64,000 nucleotides of DNA, taken from positions 23,439 to 87,438 of IMG/VR virus record IMGVR_UViG_3300017655_000001, one strand, 5' to 3'. Below, one piece after another: positions 53,583-61,783 of the stretch. The notes beneath the pieces are model-generated. The model did not search any database, was not told the origin of the DNA, and saw nothing but the letters and a program-made list of their open reading frames with translations. Source of the stretch: a virus. Its lineage: Duplodnaviria; Caudoviricetes. Made by a program: the position numbers and the translations under genes. Positions within the stretch are counted from its first letter, which is position 1. Each line of letters begins with the position of its first letter.

Positions 53583-54110
53583 CTATTGGATCTTCCACCG
53601 ATCATCAACAACACCACCAAGAGCTTCAACATTATTAACCATTTCAGCATCTAGTTGAGTATTACCACCAATATAGCTATCACAATTGAACATGAAAAGT
53701 GTCCAATCACGCGTTTCGGTAGTGCTTGACAAAGTTGCGTCTGGAGTACTTGCAATAATAGTTTGATTAGAGAAGAATAGGGTTTGACCGCTATTGTCCT
53801 TTATTGTGCAAGCTGCCACAAACGTATTACCGCTATCTTCTTCATCGGCACGTTGAAGCTGTTGCAAAAAAGTATTTGAAGCGGCATATTGATGAAGACT
53901 CAGCGTAACGTTAGTTGAGCGGTTACGTCGCTTAACCCTACCACCACTAAGATCGCTGCCGATATATGGCTCTGATGCTGCTACTAATCTCGTAGCAGTC
54001 AGGAATGTACCATCTGCAAAGCCTGTAATTTGTTGGGAAACATCGCCTGCTGAAATCGTAACAGTCACTTCTTCAGGGCTGTAGTTCCCAATTAGGATGT
54101 CACTAGCCAT
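53583..54110 (-). CDS. tail tube protein (DUF3277-like, 175 aa)
   Basis: NYSPEEVTV...GFADGTF; first tube gene after sheath. Confidence 0.8.
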   Translation of the reverse strand: MASDILIGNYSPEEVTVTISAGDVSQQITGFADGTFLTATRLVAASEPYIGSDLSGGRVKRRNRSTNVTLSLHQYAASNTFLQQLQRADEEDSGNTFVAACTIKDNSGQTLFFSNQTIIASTPDATLSSTTETRDWTLFMFNCDSYIGGNTQLDAEMVNNVEALGGVVDDRWKIQ

Positions 54111-55011
54111 CTAATACCTCATTATAAAGGGAAATTCCCTGTGTTTTGTTTGGTCGGATACCATGAATACTTTCATAAGCATCGTCGTAAGCTTTTGCGG
54201 CTTCTTCCTCTGTGTCAAAAGAAGCTCTTAATATGATTTCTTTATTGTGAACAAGGACAGCCCTGTATTTATTGCCAGACTCTCTCCTATTTACACCAAT
54301 AGGTTTCGACATACCTTTGGTTTTCTTTTTCGTACCCACTTTTAACAAGCATTGTTCAATATCATCTTCCCTGATAAGGCGCTGTAAAAACTCTTTTTCT
54401 TTCTTTAGTACAGCACTTGCTTGGATTAAAGTAGGGAACCAAAATCCTAAAACATATTTTGGAGAATGGGATACGGACAAACTATAAGGTACACAAACAT
54501 CGCCTAAAACTCCGTCTTTCCTACGACGATAGAAAGTTTTCTCATTCCAGCCCAAAATTTCAATTGCCTTGTTTTTAGAAGGAAACCAGAATCCTGAAAC
54601 AAAACAACTAATCATCTTGGTCTCACGTGGCTTCCTATTCTCTTTTAGATAATTAGGATTTTCTTGATAAAACTTTAGAAGAGATTCAGACATTTTTCTT
54701 CTAGTTTCTTCAGGCATCGATACTCCGATTTGATTCGGATGACCGTAAAGAATGTTATAACCATTGGAAATAGAATCATATAGATCAATTGCTTTGAACT
54801 CTAGATCGATAATATAGTCTTCCAATCCACAACAAAGAACTACAAACTCAAAGTTTTCTCTGCCGTGTTTATCCATGGCATTACGCAGCTTAGAGCATTT
54901 TGAGTTTTTACTAAAATGCTCTCTTTTACGTTCTTTGAGCCTGGATGTTACACCAACATAAACTTTATCATTAACAGAATTTACTATTTTATACAAATAA
55001 AACAATTTCAA
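54103..55011 (-). CDS. GIY-YIG homing endonuclease with NUMOD3, two repeated modules and AP2-like domain (302 aa)
   Basis: YLYKIVN...VYVGVT; EETRRKMSESL; GFWFPS/GFWFPT; GVNRRE...FDTEEEAAKAYD; TTG start. Confidence 0.88.
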   Translation of the reverse strand: MKLFYLYKIVNSVNDKVYVGVTSRLKERKREHFSKNSKCSKLRNAMDKHGRENFEFVVLCCGLEDYIIDLEFKAIDLYDSISNGYNILYGHPNQIGVSMPEETRRKMSESLLKFYQENPNYLKENRKPRETKMISCFVSGFWFPSKNKAIEILGWNEKTFYRRRKDGVLGDVCVPYSLSVSHSPKYVLGFWFPTLIQASAVLKKEKEFLQRLIREDDIEQCLLKVGTKKKTKGMSKPIGVNRRESGNKYRAVLVHNKEIILRASFDTEEEAAKAYDDAYESIHGIRPNKTQGISLYNEVLDG

Positions 55012-55041
55012 AAGAGTTTCTCCAAAAATTAGTGGAAGAAT

Positions 55042-55070
55042 ATTTTACTCTTTTTATGCTTACTTGTAAA
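55042..55070 (-). promoter_or_regulatory. sigma70-like promoter of GIY-YIG gene
   Basis: TTTACA-17-TAAAAT. Confidence 0.65.
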
Positions 55071-55073
55071 GAA

Positions 55074-56354
55074 TCATAGAGACAAGAACCCGTTAATGAT
55101 AACCTTTCTCACTGAGCCTTGTAGCCTTGCTCTAAACACGAAAGTACCAGCAGTTCGTTGTGCCCTGAGTGCAGGGGCTATGCTCAGTACATCGGGGGTA
55201 GAGACGTTCCATCCCCTGTCGATACCACCATTAGTCTCAGCTTGAGAGAGCACAGAACGGATTTCGTTTTCAATGCGTAGTAAGCCCGGATTTGTAAACG
55301 GTACTTTGAGACTATTAGCTAGACGGAAGAAAATACCTTCTTGTAGTCGAGCATAAAGCCAGTCGATAAACACAATTTCATCAATTGGCGTACCATCAGA
55401 CATATTACCATCTTGGAACATATTCAGTCCAGCAACAGTTGTGTACATATTACCGTTAATTGCACGAATATTAGTACGTTGGTTGTCTGTGATATTACTT
55501 ACAGTGACTCCAGCAGCACGCTTAAAGTCCCAGTCATTAGAGCCGGGGGTGTACGGCAGTTGAGCACCAATCCATGCAGCTTCTGGATAATCCGTATCTG
55601 CTTGAGCAAGATAAACCCAGAAAGTACGATTCAGGGAATCAGCATCAAGTTGTGCGCCAATGTGGGTTGGGGATGTAAATGCGTTGTCGGTAGTGGAAGT
55701 ACCAAAGATTTTGCGTCTAGCTTGGATAGCGTTTGCCAGCCCCATTACATCAGCAGCAACGTGGGTATCAGCAACCAAAGCATACCAAACATCATTAACT
55801 ACTGTAACAGCAGCTAGGGCATCTACATAGGTTTCAGTAGGTGTGGTTGCAACTGAAGTCAAATTACTTGAAGTAGTAATACTCCAACCGGTTCCCGGAG
55901 TTGTGACTTCGACTGTTAGAGTACCTGTGTTATCCGTTACAGTGATACCTGTCGGGGTGCCGATAGCGGTATCAAGACCAGCCGTAATCTCAGCAGCAGT
56001 TGCGTCAGCGTCTGAAGTGTAAGTGTAGGAAGTACCATTAATCGTAACTGTATAAACAGTATTGTTTGCGACGGTTGGTGTGATAGTTACTTCATCAACC
56101 TGACGACGACCAATTACAATAGATGGTGGGACAGCACCGACAGTAGACTGACCGAAGAGCTTTTCAGCAATAATATAGGCTTGGTCAGTAGTTTTAAAAT
56201 CTTCAGCTACAGAAGTAATACTTGTGTAAGTACGTGCCCGTTCAGAGAAACGTGTATGGGTAGAGAGAACTAGGGGTATCTGGAAACTTGCAGTTGCAAT
56301 TGCAGCAGTTTCCCGAGTAATTGTAATTTGTACAATATTGTCTAACTCGGACAT
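55074..56354 (-). CDS. tail sheath protein (DUF3383-like, 426 aa)
   Basis: IVQITITRE N-terminus, YPEAAW, IDEIVFIDWL; contractile tail module. Confidence 0.88.
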   Translation of the reverse strand: MSELDNIVQITITRETAAIATASFQIPLVLSTHTRFSERARTYTSITSVAEDFKTTDQAYIIAEKLFGQSTVGAVPPSIVIGRRQVDEVTITPTVANNTVYTVTINGTSYTYTSDADATAAEITAGLDTAIGTPTGITVTDNTGTLTVEVTTPGTGWSITTSSNLTSVATTPTETYVDALAAVTVVNDVWYALVADTHVAADVMGLANAIQARRKIFGTSTTDNAFTSPTHIGAQLDADSLNRTFWVYLAQADTDYPEAAWIGAQLPYTPGSNDWDFKRAAGVTVSNITDNQRTNIRAINGNMYTTVAGLNMFQDGNMSDGTPIDEIVFIDWLYARLQEGIFFRLANSLKVPFTNPGLLRIENEIRSVLSQAETNGGIDRGWNVSTPDVLSIAPALRAQRTAGTFVFRARLQGSVRKVIINGFLSL

Positions 56355-56368
56355 TAGCTATTCCTTTG

Positions 56369-56377
56369 TTATTTATT
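56369..56377 (-). promoter_or_regulatory. possible late promoter variant AATAAATAA
   Basis: just upstream of sheath RBS; resembles TATAAATA sites. Confidence 0.3.
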
Positions 56378-56382
56378 AAGAA

Positions 56383-56943
56383 TTACGGAATTGGTATGCC
56401 CGGAGGAACTGTGAAAGTCTCTGACGGGTCAATTATTTTATTTTCAAGAACTACAGAATCAATCCAATCAACTACTTGAGTTGTTCTGATAATATAAGAG
56501 AACACAACATCTTGATTGAAATACTCAACCCATTGTGTATCTCTTTTTTGTGGTGCTCTGCGAAGGTTCGATTTCCTCAAAACACCTAGCTTTTCTTTTC
56601 TAGTTGCATCTAATGAAAGAACACTATTGTTAACTCTTTGAGTAAAACTCTGTGCCATGTCTCCAGCCGTAGAGCCACAAAAGCTAAACTGAACATTCAC
56701 TTCGTATGCAACTTGATGAATTAATTCAAACTGTTCGTTTGTGGTAGAAGCTGTTTGAGTATGACCTTGTTGTTCAACCCCAAGAATGTTAATGACAACA
56801 AAAGGGTTAGCGGGCTCCGTTCCCCCCGAATGTGAGAAGAATATGTAATCATTTTGTTCTTGGGTTGTAGGGAAATATTCAATAAGAGACTGAATAACAG
56901 CACGTCTAATAGCTTTACGAACTTCACTATATGCTCCAACCAT
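56383..56943 (-). CDS. neck/tail terminator protein (186 aa)
   Basis: position before sheath; VNVQFSF beta-strand pattern. Confidence 0.7.
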   Translation of the reverse strand: MVGAYSEVRKAIRRAVIQSLIEYFPTTQEQNDYIFFSHSGGTEPANPFVVINILGVEQQGHTQTASTTNEQFELIHQVAYEVNVQFSFCGSTAGDMAQSFTQRVNNSVLSLDATRKEKLGVLRKSNLRRAPQKRDTQWVEYFNQDVVFSYIIRTTQVVDWIDSVVLENKIIDPSETFTVPPGIPIP

Positions 56944-57419
56944 TAATCATTCCCTCTTTCTACTTTAAAGTCTACAGACTCAAGCATCTTACCTGTGTCT
57001 ATCAACGGATCATTGAAGCCTTTCTCTGCAATAGTTCTTGCACTGTTTGGTGGAGTATCCCAACCAATAATTTCGTTCTGTAATCCCTTAACAAGAACTG
57101 GACCCATCTTTGTGTAAGCTTGTTTGAATGTGGCTTTGCCTTCTAAAACAGAAGTGATTGCATTCTGGAACAAAGGGATATATTCAGCAGTTTTCAGTCT
57201 TGGTAAGAAGCCAACTCGGATGAAAGGTCTTGGTGGGTATTTTACAGGATCACCTTCTTCCATCCATTGAGCGACTTGAGCGACTTGAAGATTTTCATTC
57301 TCAGGACCATATCTTGAGTCCTCGAAGAAACCTACTTTTAAAGATTCTTGATTGGCTTGTAGGAGGTTCTTCTTAATCTTTTCCCAACCAGATTTGTCTA
57401 CTGTAATTTTAACTGACAT
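56943..57419 (-). CDS. neck protein / tail completion (HK97 gp10-like, 158 aa)
   Basis: PPRPFIR, PPNSARTIAEKGFNDPLIDTGKM. Confidence 0.8.
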   Translation of the reverse strand: MSVKITVDKSGWEKIKKNLLQANQESLKVGFFEDSRYGPENENLQVAQVAQWMEEGDPVKYPPRPFIRVGFLPRLKTAEYIPLFQNAITSVLEGKATFKQAYTKMGPVLVKGLQNEIIGWDTPPNSARTIAEKGFNDPLIDTGKMLESVDFKVERGND

Positions 57420-57429
57420 GAGACATTCC

Positions 57430-57804
57430 TTAGTTTGGGGTAATCTCTACGCGAACTGCTTTACAACGAACGTGCTCTAAGATCCCCATCCCATTGGTCC
57501 AATCCTCAACAGCCATTATTCGGTAAAGATCGCCCTTCCAAATAAACTCATCGGCATCCCACCCTGAATCGCCCTCCTTTTCAGTACGAAGAACTTCAGC
57601 AGAAAAGACTTGCCACCAAGATCTTGTTCTTTCAGCCTCTGGCATCATCATGATTTCGTAAGGTTTTAGAGGTTGAATATTGACATCAATAGTTAACGTT
57701 GAAGTTGTACCATCAATCCAATCACCTTCTTCAAAATGACCTCGTTCTTTACGGGTAATTTCAACTGGTATTTTATTAGTAAGGAGAAATTGTGGCTTTA
57801 ACAT
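57430..57804 (-). CDS. head-closure (stopper) protein (124 aa)
   Basis: VNIQPL...LPE-like, D.FIWKG..YRI. Confidence 0.75.
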   Translation of the reverse strand: MLKPQFLLTNKIPVEITRKERGHFEEGDWIDGTTSTLTIDVNIQPLKPYEIMMMPEAERTRSWWQVFSAEVLRTEKEGDSGWDADEFIWKGDLYRIMAVEDWTNGMGILEHVRCKAVRVEITPN

Positions 57805-57813
57805 AACTACTCC

Positions 57814-58242
57814 TTAAAAGGTTGGTCCTGCTGTACAGTTACAAGCACATCCTGTGTCGCATGCACATTCACAAGCTTCTTTACAATTATCCCCATCACA
57901 AACTTCGATAGACATTAGCTTGCTTCCACAAGTGTTGGCAGACCATGGGAAAAGTCCTGAAGGAATCAAGGTTCCAGGGTTATTAATTAGATAGTCGAGA
58001 GCTTTTAAATATTGTGTTGCAAGAGAAGACCACACCTCGATTTGTCCGGTACGCTCTCTCGTGCTCCACCCAGCTAACTGAAAAGAAGCTGAGATAGCAG
58101 CAAGTTTTGCAGCAGCATAAACATCTTGATTTGTCATATCCAGAAAAGCTTGGATTTCACTGTCTTCAAATAGCTTGTAGAACGGACTTCCTTCAACATC
58201 GCCTATGAGCAGGCGAACCTGCTCAACTGGTGTAAGTGCCAT
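57814..58242 (-). CDS. head-tail adaptor with Cys-rich C-terminal tail (142 aa)
   Basis: VRLLIGD...FEDSEI adaptor motif; 9 Cys in last ~40 aa. Confidence 0.75.
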   Translation of the reverse strand: MALTPVEQVRLLIGDVEGSPFYKLFEDSEIQAFLDMTNQDVYAAAKLAAISASFQLAGWSTRERTGQIEVWSSLATQYLKALDYLINNPGTLIPSGLFPWSANTCGSKLMSIEVCDGDNCKEACECACDTGCACNCTAGPTF

Positions 58243-59182
58243 AGTATTTCTCCAAATAGATTTTATACTTTCTAGACAATTTATAATTAGAATCTCTATA
58301 GAGTTCGTCTAGAACTAATTTAGAGTATACTTTACTACACAAACTTACTACATGCAGCTTTCCCTTAGTATAAAACTTAGGTTTTGCTTCGGGGAATAGA
58401 GAGACTACATAGTCACCAAAACTATGAGCAATCTCTTCACTACCGACTAGGCTTATTTCATTAGAAGACTTTGAAATACATCCGTCGCCTTCTAGCATAC
58501 CTCTCCAGAAATGCCTATCAAATGCAAAAGGAGTAGGGCAAACCTCTTTAGCAGACTTTCTTTCCACCATACCTAAAGATCTTAGGCGAGCATTTATATC
58601 ATCATCTTTAAATGAAAATGAACTCCTCAGATACTTTTTATCAGTACGGCCATCTACTTTACTTTCACCTAGATGAATATTATTAGAACTCCCAACATAG
58701 TTCTTTAAATTTTCAAGAATTTCAATATCTTTAGGATGAACTGCTAATATGATTCTTTCATTTGAAATACAACCATCACTTAAAAGCCAGCCGTAGAAGT
58801 AGGCAGATTCTTCTGTTTGCAAATCAGCAAAAGCATTTTTATTTACATAAAGTTCTCTATAAAATTTAAAATCTCTTGGCTTCAAATCGTATTTTTGGAA
58901 AACTTTTCTTATTTGGTGAACGGTGTACCCAAACTCTTGACGGATAGCGTTTAAGGACTTTCCGTTCTCGTACCAACTTACAACATTTTGCTCTTCACTA
59001 AGACTCAGATCAGACGCTCTTTTTTGATAGATTGAAAAACCAAAGGCTTTTAACTTATCATAGAGTTTTCTAGGATTAATCCCAAGAATTTCAGCAACTT
59101 CTTTCTTTAGTTTACCTGAGTTGTAAAGCTCGACCGCGAACTCACAAAGTTCAGTATCATTTTTGAATTGTGGTAAATTCAT
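58223..59182 (-). CDS. free-standing LAGLIDADG homing endonuclease with N-terminal HTH repeats
   Basis: YFYGWLLSDGCI and FWRGMLEGDGCI; AGGAGG RBS at ATG 59182. Confidence 0.85.
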   Translation of the reverse strand: MNLPQFKNDTELCEFAVELYNSGKLKKEVAEILGINPRKLYDKLKAFGFSIYQKRASDLSLSEEQNVVSWYENGKSLNAIRQEFGYTVHQIRKVFQKYDLKPRDFKFYRELYVNKNAFADLQTEESAYFYGWLLSDGCISNERIILAVHPKDIEILENLKNYVGSSNNIHLGESKVDGRTDKKYLRSSFSFKDDDINARLRSLGMVERKSAKEVCPTPFAFDRHFWRGMLEGDGCISKSSNEISLVGSEEIAHSFGDYVVSLFPEAKPKFYTKGKLHVVSLCSKVYSKLVLDELYRDSNYKLSRKYKIYLEKYYGTYTS

Positions 59183-59208
59183 AAAACCTCCTAATTGATG
59201 AAAGGTAT

Positions 59209-59237
59209 ATTCTACCACACTTTAAGGAGGTTTTCAA
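59209..59237 (-). promoter_or_regulatory. sigma70-like promoter of LAGLIDADG gene
   Basis: TTGAAA-17-TAGAAT; spacer holds the anti-SD arm. Confidence 0.65.
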
Positions 59238-59238
59238 T

Positions 59239-59433
59239 TTAAGGATATACGTCTTCGTATTCAGGGCTGAATCTAACGCTCACCAAATCGACACCGCTTG
59301 GCTTGTTATCTACAGCCCACTGCTCAACTGTTGCCAGATCGAAGGCTTTGGCCGTACCTGATGTTGATTGTTCTACTGTCAAAGTTACAGTACCAGTAGT
59401 TCCTGAATAAAAAATTAGCGCTCTAGCTGCCAT
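59239..59433 (-). CDS. hypothetical virion-module protein (64 aa, MAARALIF...)
   Basis: AAGGA RBS favours ATG 59433. Confidence 0.65.
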   Translation of the reverse strand: MAARALIFYSGTTGTVTLTVEQSTSGTAKAFDLATVEQWAVDNKPSGVDLVSVRFSPEYEDVYP

Positions 59434-59446
59434 TCTAAAATTCCTT

Positions 59447-59623
59447 TTAAGCCTTAAGGGCGGCAATAATAGCGTTCACCGCTTCTGCTACATCTTCTGC
59501 TGTTGCTGTTGAAGGGTCTGCAATTGGGGTAAGTGCAACTACTTCAGCTTTAGTTGAAACGTCAAGACCGGAGGCTAGCTGTCGTACAGCATAGATCCAA
59601 CCTGCTTTTACTTCTACGTCCAT
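59447..59623 (-). CDS. head fibre/decoration-like protein (58 aa, missing from ORF track)
   Basis: GAGGA RBS; MDVEVKAGWIY...ATAEDVAEAVNAIIAALKA. Confidence 0.7.
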   Translation of the reverse strand: MDVEVKAGWIYAVRQLASGLDVSTKAEVVALTPIADPSTATAEDVAEAVNAIIAALKA

Positions 59624-59636
59624 ATTCTTTTCCTCT

Positions 59637-59644
59637 TATTTATA
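59637..59644 (-). promoter_or_regulatory. putative late promoter TATAAATA
   Basis: exact T4-late-type octamer upstream of RBS, after MCP hairpin. Confidence 0.4.
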
Positions 59645-59650
59645 AATATT

Positions 59651-59672
59651 GGGAGCCGTATTTCAGACTCCC
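59651..59672 (-). terminator. hairpin after major capsid gene
   Basis: GGGAG-TCTGAAATACGG-CTCCC; weak U tract. Confidence 0.45.
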
Positions 59673-59686
59673 TTGTTCCTAACTTA

Positions 59687-60757
59687 TTAAGTCAAGGACA
59701 GACGGAGGATTGCACCTGGGTTCAGAACAGCGTTCAGGAAGTTCTGTTCGGTCATGATTTCGATGATGTCATCTTTTTCATTCAGGTACTCGAAGAAGTA
59801 GCTACCCTGAGCGCGACGGTTAACAGTGTTCATGCGATTAGCAGGAGCATAGTAAGTCTTCAGGAAGTTTCGGATACCAACAGGCATCATGTAAGCATCG
59901 CCTTCTGGGATAAACGGTACGAAAGCCCCTGTTACAGGATCATCGTAACCAGCAGCACCAGCATTGATGAAGGTGATACCAAAGACACTCATCATTTCAA
60001 AGCGAGCATCTAGGCCCGGAACATCAGCACCGCCAGCACCCAGAAGAATGCGAGTAGCTTGACCTTGGTCCACATACTTGAAGGCATCAGTTACATAAGC
60101 GTTCTGTTGCAGAGCGTTGTAATAGCTATCAGAGCACAGTACAACCCATGAACGTACAGTACCGGCTTGGCCGTCACGCAGGGAGTTACGAGCAGCTTTC
60201 TTAGCTTCATTGTAAACAGCGCGTGGGTCAGCAGCAGCAGACAAATCAGTAACGATTTCAGTACGAGTAACACCAAACTCGGTGTAGTAGTTAGTTACGA
60301 TGGTGCCACGAGGAGCGTAAGCAGTACCAGTAGTAATCAGTTGCATACGAGCAGCTTCAAGGGTCAGGCCATGAGCTTCACGAATGGCGATCATTTTGTC
60401 GGCACGAACAGATGCAACGGTTTCTAGTTCTGCAAATTCAGCCAGAGAACCGGCTTGAACAATACCATCAATATCGTTAGGGGTAATTGCATCATCCAGA
60501 GGGACATGCGGGATTTTCAGCAAGAGGCTATCTTGCTCACGACCAGCGATAGTTTGGTTACGTTCGTCCCAGTTACGATCTTCGAGCAGATGGGATTTAC
60601 GAGTGGTACGGGTGATTTCGATAGTTTTCTGGGTTGAGTAGGTGTCTTCAAACAGACCCAGAGCATTAGTAATACCGACAGTGTTTGGAATAACGATTAG
60701 GGAATCGGTACGGTCAACAACTTTACCGGAGTTCTGACGATCTAGTACAATAGCCAT
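59687..60757 (-). CDS. major capsid protein (lambda gpE-like family, 356 aa)
   Basis: size, position after decoration gene, YYAPAN...EIMTEQNFL...PGA pattern. Confidence 0.9.
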   Translation of the reverse strand: MAIVLDRQNSGKVVDRTDSLIVIPNTVGITNALGLFEDTYSTQKTIEITRTTRKSHLLEDRNWDERNQTIAGREQDSLLLKIPHVPLDDAITPNDIDGIVQAGSLAEFAELETVASVRADKMIAIREAHGLTLEAARMQLITTGTAYAPRGTIVTNYYTEFGVTRTEIVTDLSAAADPRAVYNEAKKAARNSLRDGQAGTVRSWVVLCSDSYYNALQQNAYVTDAFKYVDQGQATRILLGAGGADVPGLDARFEMMSVFGITFINAGAAGYDDPVTGAFVPFIPEGDAYMMPVGIRNFLKTYYAPANRMNTVNRRAQGSYFFEYLNEKDDIIEIMTEQNFLNAVLNPGAILRLSLT

Positions 60758-60780
60758 ATGATTTAATTATCCTTGTTTCT

Positions 60781-60788
60781 TATTTATA
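60781..60788 (-). promoter_or_regulatory. putative late promoter TATAAATA
   Basis: exact octamer upstream of MCP RBS. Confidence 0.4.
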
Positions 60789-60806
60789 TGTTATTAAAAG
60801 ACTGTC

Positions 60807-61271
60807 TTAAACAGTCTTCAGAACTTGAATGCCTTGTTGTTCCAGCAGACCTTTCAGGGTTTCAACCTGAGCATCGGTCAGGGCAGCGCCGCCCTCAAGG
60901 ACTGGAGATTTGGCAACTTGTTTGATGTAGTATTCTTTCAGTTGCAGAGCACCAGAAGTGCCAACAAAACCTACTGCGTTATACTGGTTAGCAGCAATAG
61001 CACGAGGAGTGAAAGAAGGGTTGAAGCTGAAATGATCGCCGTAAACAACAGCGAATTCATTGGTCAGGACCAGAGGAGTAGCTGAAGCAAGGACAGTCCA
61101 TGCAGCAGTTAGATCAGCTGATTTAGCACGGTATACAACAGTACCCAGCTTAACTGGAACAGAGCCTGGGGTGACGTTCAGATCACGACGGCTGTAGCCA
61201 ACAGATGGGTCTAGCTCATGTACAACAAGATCAGAGAAACGAGCTTGGTAGGTTTCGGTAACGAATGGCAT
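60807..61271 (-). CDS. head decoration protein (154 aa)
   Basis: FSDLVVHE...LGTVV pattern; between protease and MCP. Confidence 0.8.
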   Translation of the reverse strand: MPFVTETYQARFSDLVVHELDPSVGYSRRDLNVTPGSVPVKLGTVVYRAKSADLTAAWTVLASATPLVLTNEFAVVYGDHFSFNPSFTPRAIAANQYNAVGFVGTSGALQLKEYYIKQVAKSPVLEGGAALTDAQVETLKGLLEQQGIQVLKTV

Positions 61272-61318
61272 ATTCTTATTATCCTTTTATATAACTTAAA
61301 TTAAGCGAGGGAGAAGGG

Positions 61319-61783
61319 TTACTTCAGTCCAAGTTTTTGCTTAAGGAGGGTTTCAGTAGTTAGACGGGCTTTGTCTTCTTCTTGGGATTCGGCTTTTACT
61401 TCACCGCCTTCACCACCAAGCTCTTGCATAAGCTCTGAAGCCTCTAGTGCTTGCTTCTGTTGAGCAAAACCAGCTAGGACAGTTTCAAAAGCTTGATCAT
61501 CGAGAGTTGAAAGGCTAGCTTGTACAGCCTCAACTTTATCAGCAGCCATAACAGCAGAGAGTTTGTCTTTACGTGCTTGGGCTTTCATTTGTTCTTTAAC
61601 AGCTTCCATCTGCTTAACTTGCTCAAGGGCTTCAGCCAGAGCAGTTTCTTTTTCAGCGAAAGCGGCTTGTAGAGTAGCCATTGCTTCTTTAGTGGAAGCT
61701 AGTTCAGCTACAGCCAGTTGTGCAGTTGATAGCTCAGTGGTTAGAGCTTCAAGTTGTGCTTGCATATCGGCAAGTTGGGTCAT
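61319..61783 (-). CDS. nested in-frame scaffolding protein (154 aa)
   Basis: internal GAGGA RBS before ATG 61783; Ala/Glu coiled coil. Confidence 0.6.
   Translation of the reverse strand: MTQLADMQAQLEALTTELSTAQLAVAELASTKEAMATLQAAFAEKETALAEALEQVKQMEAVKEQMKAQARKDKLSAVMAADKVEAVQASLSTLDDQAFETVLAGFAQQKQALEASELMQELGGEGGEVKAESQEEDKARLTTETLLKQKLGLK

Noticed and set aside
56562-56578. GGTTCGATT resembling a tRNA T-loop
   Set aside because: The T-stem is mismatched, there is no acceptor, D or anticodon arm, and it lies antisense within a neck gene. No tRNA genes were found in the window.
59433-59466. Possible frameshift fusing the 58-aa head-fibre ORF to the next ORF (TTG-started 75-aa version)
   Set aside because: There is no recognisable slippery site, and the downstream ORF has its own AAGGA RBS and ATG at 59433.
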